Assembly (NCBI GenBank): GCA_001949185.1
Contig: BDGG01000016.1
Span: forward strand, 248,001 to 312,000
Origin: Ramazzottius varieornatus
Taxonomy: Eukaryota; Animalia; Tardigrada
Length of the DNA stretch: 64,000 bases
Direction: 5' to 3'
Positions 58,201 to 64,000 of this stretch are shown piece after piece. Every line of letters begins with the position of its first letter. Positions within the stretch are counted from its first letter, which is position 1. The notes beneath the pieces are model-generated. The model searched no databases and was not told where the DNA came from. It saw only the letters and a program-made list of their open reading frames with translations. The translations under genes and the position numbers were made by a program.

Positions 58201-60443
58201 TGTTGTCAGCAGGAAACGAAAATGCGATCATCTCGACCTTAATTTCGCCCGCTTTCGCCGACATATCTTCAGTCTTTAGAGTTGGGCCCGAAATGAAATC
58301 CGACTTTCACGGGACGTTCATTGACGTGGTAGGGTTTTTTAAACGCCGGAAAGTTACTATGAGACGTCACATCTGGAGGCTTCCTCTCAGTGAATTGTGC
58401 CAAACACACCCTTCAACCCCAGTGAGAAATGGCTTGTGCAGCCATGCTTTTCCATGTCACTCTCCATGCTTACCCACAGGGTCCTTTTGGACTCAACGAA
58501 AGCACATTTTCCTGCTGGGTCGGCTGGAACTTTTTGTTGATAAGATAACGCGACTTTTATAACGTTCGCTGCGTTTTACTTCCCCAGCAGCTCGTTGTTA
58601 ACTTCACACTAAGGTTTTTCTGTTCCAGAAAAGGACGGAAGTTCGACGTACAGAACGGAGTAGTCGAAGCGGATCCACCAAGTCTGCAACGACGCCATTA
58701 AGCCTTCTTTAACGATCGCGATCGGCCCGATGCATCCAAACAACCACCGTCGCACCCGGCGTAAATTGCCAACACTCTTACCATTAGGCCAACTTGTCGG
58801 CAAGGCCCTCCGTAAATCTTGAACACAGTTTTTAGGTGGCGACCTCAGCGTCAAATTTGCGGACCTTCAATTATCTCAGCAAGAGAGACTGCGCCAAAGT
58901 CTGTCGTTTTCAGGTCGGAAGCTCGCCGAGGTAGAACCCTTCGCTCACAGATGAAGAAGGCCAGAACTGACAAGTTAATACGATTCAAACGCGGCATAAA
59001 CCTTCCTTCGGCATAATTATGACTTCCGGAATGCACTGTGCGCGTATTTGCATACTCGGCGAACACAGTCAAGACTCAAGACCGCAGACTGCGTCCTCAA
59101 CGTGAGACGATGTTGACATGGTAGACACCCAGAGACCTCATTAAAAGCTATAAGGATACTTCGTACGCTTGTCTGCAATTTGTGGCTTGTAAAGTTAAGT
59201 GACAGATTAGCCTCAACTGAATTACTAATCAGATTGCCTAACGGCGGATGAAAACCCAACTTATTCCACCGCTAGAAACTTTCCTCCTTTGAATCCTCCT
59301 TTCGGCATTTCCTTGAACCTCTTGGAAATTCAAAAACTGCTGCAAATGAGAAGCCATTAAAACACAAGAATTTCTGCATAAATATTTTCGAGGAAGCCCC
59401 TCGACTTTGTAATCGACATTGCACTTGGTTAACGTTGAGAAAATAAACTTCTCTGGCATACTTCGTCCTGCAATGTTTACTGGCCAAGAGGATGGTCAAG
59501 ACAAGCTTATGCCCAAGCCAGTTCGGAAGACGGAAAATATCAAGTGACAATCGCCAAGAAAATCAACACTTGGAAGACGTGTGTCGCTTATTAAAGTAGT
59601 GAAAATGGCAAAAGCAATTTGCCTTGTGGAATTTTTGCACTTGGCCTAATTCATATTCCGGAGCCACATCTTCTGCATCTCTAGAAACCACAACCTAAGA
59701 ATAGTTTGGCCTATCGAAAGAGCTGTGATCAACACAAAATGGTGCGAGGATGACAAGGTTAATACCCGCCAGTATTGCACGATGATGGACGGATCATTGC
59801 GCATGCTTCATCGTTTCAGCTTTTGTGGCACACACAAACATAACATTTCACCCACTCTTGAAACTTTTTGCCCGTTTTGACATACCTTGACGAACTTTCC
59901 CAGATAGGACTGCGGGTAGTATTTGTGGAAGTACTTTTTGAGCCGACGCTGCTCCGGACGTGACATTCCCACCTGCAGTAAATCCTCATCTTCCACGTAT
60001 TTCAGTTGAGCGACATTGGATATCTTCAAATCGTTCCGTAGAATGGAATAGTAGTGCTGTAGTTCGGCCTGAAAGACGTAAGGGTCTCAGTTTCAACAAA
60101 ACAACCAAAATTACTTCCGGTTACAGAGCCAGTTCTACAACACGAACACAAGTAGGCGGCTCCACATCCAGCGCGCGCGCACTGTGCATGTTCATGCCGT
60201 TGTGAAACCAATGGTCAGTGCGCACAGTTTCGGAACCATCAACCAAACAAAATATTCCGAATTATTTGCTTCGTGATTTGAAAACGATCTTCCTCTAATA
60301 AGTTCGTTCCGGCACAAAGCTAGTCTCTCCTGGTCCCTATCTTCGACAAACAAGGAGGACTGTTTCCTGAGAACAACGGTTGAAATTACCTCCGCCAAGA
60401 ATTCCGACAGCTGAAGCTGGTGAGCGGACATTTCTGGAAGCAT
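52229..60443 (-). CDS. Ack-like: Ack-like / PR2 family protein (SAM - kinase-like - SH3 - CRIB - Pro-rich), predicted pseudokinase
   Basis: SAM exon [43 protein letters not shown] resembles PR2. [32 protein letters not shown]; SH3 (GDVITVLD...WKG...GLF); [19 protein letters not shown]; [11 protein letters not shown]; Pro-rich tail, stop at 52229. Confidence 0.9.
54660..54782. repeat. Palindromic intronic element, family A
   Basis: TTTCCCAAGTGGCGCTC-N25-GTGCGCCACTTGGGAAAACCGATCT; in an Ack-like intron. Confidence 0.85.
57126..57320. repeat. Palindromic intronic element, family A, two internal units
   Basis: Outer arms GGAAGCTCGGCATACAAACTCGACAAGATC / GATCTTTCGAGTTTATTTATCGAACTTCC enclose two core units with N26 and N25 spacers; in an Ack-like intron. 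Confidence 0.85.
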
Positions 60444-63275
60444 AGCAAAAGGTAAGTCAGCAATATATTCGGCTCAATATATTCCACCAATATTCCACCG
60501 GGACTATTTAGCAGATGTTCTCCGCTACCTTGAGCGCCTAGTCATGAACTAGCACGGACGAGCAAGAGCACGGCCAGATCTTGACCAGAAATGCGACCAA
60601 AGTCGACCAAACAAGCTCCGTATCTGTGTCTCCGAATGATGAATGATGCCTGCCTGATTATCCGCAGGCCATGCAGTAACATGTACACCCCATTCCTCGC
60701 GCGTAACCAGTAATCTGATATGGCCTAAAAATCAAAATAGAAGAACATGATATGATATTCAGACGAGCAAAAAAAGATGGTCGCTTTCACGCAGAGAAAC
60801 TTCTGTTAGAATGGTCGACATTAAAAATAGGAAATAAATTCAGCTCAAGCTCGCGCAGTCGCGCTCACGCGCTGTGTACTCATACTATGGTGATAGCAGG
60901 CCACACCTCCTGACGCAGCCGTGCGTGTAAATGGGAGCCGCCCACAAACAATAATCGATAAGTCATCCGCGTTTTGACCACTGGCTACCGCCGTAGAAAA
61001 CTGACAGGAACCTCAGGATTGATTACACGTGCAACTCAGATGATTCTTTCATTCGAATATTACAAGTTATTGGTATGGTACCAGATGCAGATTTGCACAG
61101 TCAACATTCGCCGTCGAGAGCTTACTGTAATTTTTTTAATTTGGTCGCTCCCACGCATGACGATTAATAAACTCATTAATCTTCTCAAAAGATATTAGTG
61201 TAGCTCCAGCGCGAGGTTTCCGTCTCGCCGACAGAACATGACAGAATGAAACCACGTTCATTGTACCATCCGCGCAAGAACATCAGGCTGCATAAACGGA
61301 GCTTCACATGATGGAGTTATATTGAGTTTATATTCAGCTACTGGCCGCGTGGGTCTTGAATACTAATGCCGGAAGACCTGACCATCTCGAGTAATCATGC
61401 ACAAGTTGTTCAGTAAGCACCAGCCGTGAACGGAATCAACGGACTACGCATCTTCATCAGTCATTTCGGGAGGGTCGCGCAGCTGCAGCGAACTTGAGTT
61501 GTGGGTCTCCGAGCCGTTTGTTATCGCACAAATCAGATTGAAGTAAACAATTTACATTTTTCCGCTTTGATGAGTCCTCTGTCTGCATCTTCGGTTCGCT
61601 CGTCCAACTTCGTCATTTAGACACCCGAAAAAAACCTTATGTCCCAGTTTGACAAGTTTTCCCCGATCAATTCGCGCAGACGGGAACAGCGCTGTCTTAC
61701 TTTCTCCAGCACCTTTTACCTAATGAAATTTGACGGACCACAAATAGAAACATAAAAATTTTTTGTATCTTTGCAGGGAACGTTACAACACATATAGACA
61801 CAATGTTTTGGCATCGGTGGAAGATGCAAATCGCGCATGTCATGTCAACGCGCCACCTGTCAGTGATGTCTCTCGATGATGCGCAACCGAAACCGGCCAT
61901 CGAAACTGTCGCACTTCAACAGATTCTCAGTCTCCTGACAAAATCTACTATCCATTGCTGTATTACGGAAACCTTCGTCCGTTATAATATCTGTTATTGC
62001 TTGACCTAGCGAACAGCATAACGCACATCTGGCAGAATTACGGAGGAGAAGCAGGAAGATGAACTGCTACATTGCGGCCAACTGGAAACGGCCTATTAGC
62101 ACGATAAATATTGGTATAAAATTAGCAAAGACGAAAGACCAAGCACACGATCACCAAAAGCAACACCGGAAATTCAATCGATCTTATTCCCGTTGTGATG
62201 AATGATCTGGCGTGATACTGCTCGCAGTGTACGATTGTGCAGTTGACCGCTGGTCTTCATGAGAGCTGGTTTAGTGGGCCATTCGATTAATTTAATATGG
62301 TGAAGTATATGGAGAACGACAGGCAACAGTCGGAGTGACAAATATTCTACAAATTGTAATTGATTTCTTTGTCCTCTGTAAGTTCTTCGTAAGATCAATC
62401 GTATAGGCAAACCCGACCGAACAAGTGGCATGCGCTCGAATTTCCATTTGACAGGTCTCTGTGCAGTGTGGTTCGTGAGCTCGAGTGTGGAGCGCCTACT
62501 TGAAGTCCACTGCCCTAAATTCTCAGATCTCGATTCTGGTTATTGCGGAAACTTACAACATGCAATCAACAGTTGTTAACGGGGCTATCATCACCAGCTG
62601 ACGTTTTCCCACATATCAGCTCGTTAGGTAGGTCTCTCAGGAGAATAAGCTCTACAAGAAGATGGTAAGCTCCAACGTAAACCGCTATGCATTCGGAAAC
62701 CTAGTTTACGCATGCACCTCGACGAACACGGTTCGGGATCCCGCAATTCCAGGGCGACCCACCGGAAACGGCTGTTGGCATCAGACATCAAGTAATGCAC
62801 TCGGACAGAAGCTCACTCGGACAGAAGCTCCCGCCTTGATTTCTGCTCCTCTCGATAAGAAAGATACAGCAGCAGAATCACTTGATGCGTTTGCAAACGT
62901 ATGATCCGTTTGTTGCCATCCTATTGCTTATCGAAGAAAAAATAGAACAATGGAATCCATTCATACTAAGGCAAACAGACCAGAACTCGAATGATGTCTC
63001 TGCTATGCATGATTCCTGAGCGGAAATTTGTGGCGCCTTCTGGCGACAAGATTCCTCGCTTGCTTGAGTTCAACCCCCAGCCACGTGCTGTTTTGTCGAG
63101 CAATATGAACGAAATGTCACGTGGGACCTTTCACAGCATGCGGCACAGCCTTGACAGCAAATGTTTGTTGACGGTAACGCGGTTCCAAAGTTTCTGGACT
63201 GTACTGAATTTCAATTTCCTTCCATCCCGTTATGATTTCTCTGATCTGCATGCGACTCTTCAAGGCTTCTCCGCT

Positions 63276-64000
63276 ATGGAAAAAGAAACGAAGAAGTCTT
63301 TCAGCGACAGATGGCGATCAGAGTCATGGGTCTGTCTGGCAGCATTCCTTGCAGCACTCATAGTAACCTACGGGATCGCATTCCGGAACGGCACCTCCAA
63401 CCTCGCTGCGCACCTTTTCAGCATCGCGCTTACTCTTCTTGCCGTCACTGTCCAAAACTATCTCTCCCCTCGACGTTCACTTGCTGAGGTATGTGATGGA
63501 GCAGTGTGTTTCTGCGTTCGGCTATGGATAGTGCTCCTTGCAGGTAGCTATCCGGTCGCTGCTGTTGGGACAAGTGGCCGGGCTTGGAGTGGCTGTCGCG
63601 ACATCGTCCAGCTCCATCTGGATGTTCGGTGCCTACCTCGTCTTCTTGGCTGGTTTCCACTGGTCCGAGTACCTCTCCGTGTCCATCTTCTGCCCACTAA
63701 ATCTGTCAACAAGCAGCTTCATGCTGTACCATAGTCCGGCCTACGTGGTTGCAACTGTGGCGTCGTGGGTTGAATTTACCATCATTCAGTATTTTTGGCC
63801 AGGTAAACACTTACCCCTTCTCTGTTGCGCAGTAACATCACTGCAGTCGTGCATTTCTACCTGGGTACTCTGACGTTGTGCGTCGACTGAGTCAAAGACG
63901 TTGTTCGGCATGTCATTCCGCTATCCTACATGCTCATCCCTACTGTCCACATCGACAATTTTACTCTGTACACATTGCATTTGCATCCGCAGGTTTCCGA
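63276..64000 (+). CDS. ICMT: Protein-S-isoprenylcysteine O-methyltransferase, 3'-truncated by the window
   Basis: VAIRSLLLG...FGAYLVFLAGFHWSEYL...SFMLYHSPAYVVATVASWVEF...FWP is collinear with human ICMT (FHYSEYL, FLLNHS, SWLEF). The next exon begins at ~63993. Confidence 0.88.

Noticed and set aside
58023-59550. 179-aa ORF and neighbouring short ORFs in the large Ack-like intron as a second nested gene
   Set aside because: Non-ATG start, no signal peptide or known motif, and no coherent exon chain.
62800-62830. Tandem duplication CTCGGACAGAAGCTC upstream of ICMT
   Set aside because: Only two units; an ordinary slippage duplication with no supporting context.

Overview
Gene-dense 64 kb window from a compact invertebrate (probably ecdysozoan) animal genome, with typical GT-AG introns of about 55-80 bp. 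Gene order: 3' part of split ends/SHARP (+, ends in a SPOC domain), M6/proteolipid protein (-), a BTB pseudogene (+), a compact SETDB-like MBD/pre-SET/SET gene (-), Hsp110 (-) head-to-head with a BMP-type R-Smad (+), DIP2 (+), TMEM47-like (+), an Ack-like/PR2 kinase-family gene (-), and the 5' part of ICMT (+). Highlights: (1) about 15 copies of a ~120-bp palindromic element, nearly all in introns, whose inverted core CCAAGTGGCGCAC is held ~25 bp apart by a spacer of fast-diverging sequence; (2) an intronless, secreted, 10-Cys CSab/macin-like antimicrobial peptide candidate nested antisense in a DIP2 intron and bracketed by two of those elements; (3) an Ack-like protein whose HRD and DFG motifs read HGG and DAG (predicted pseudokinase); (4) three TA-flanked TIR elements, one enclosing a decayed LINE reverse-transcriptase fragment. 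All calls come from reading the sequence and recalled family motifs; no searches were run. Multi-exon CDS coordinates give the outer span only.
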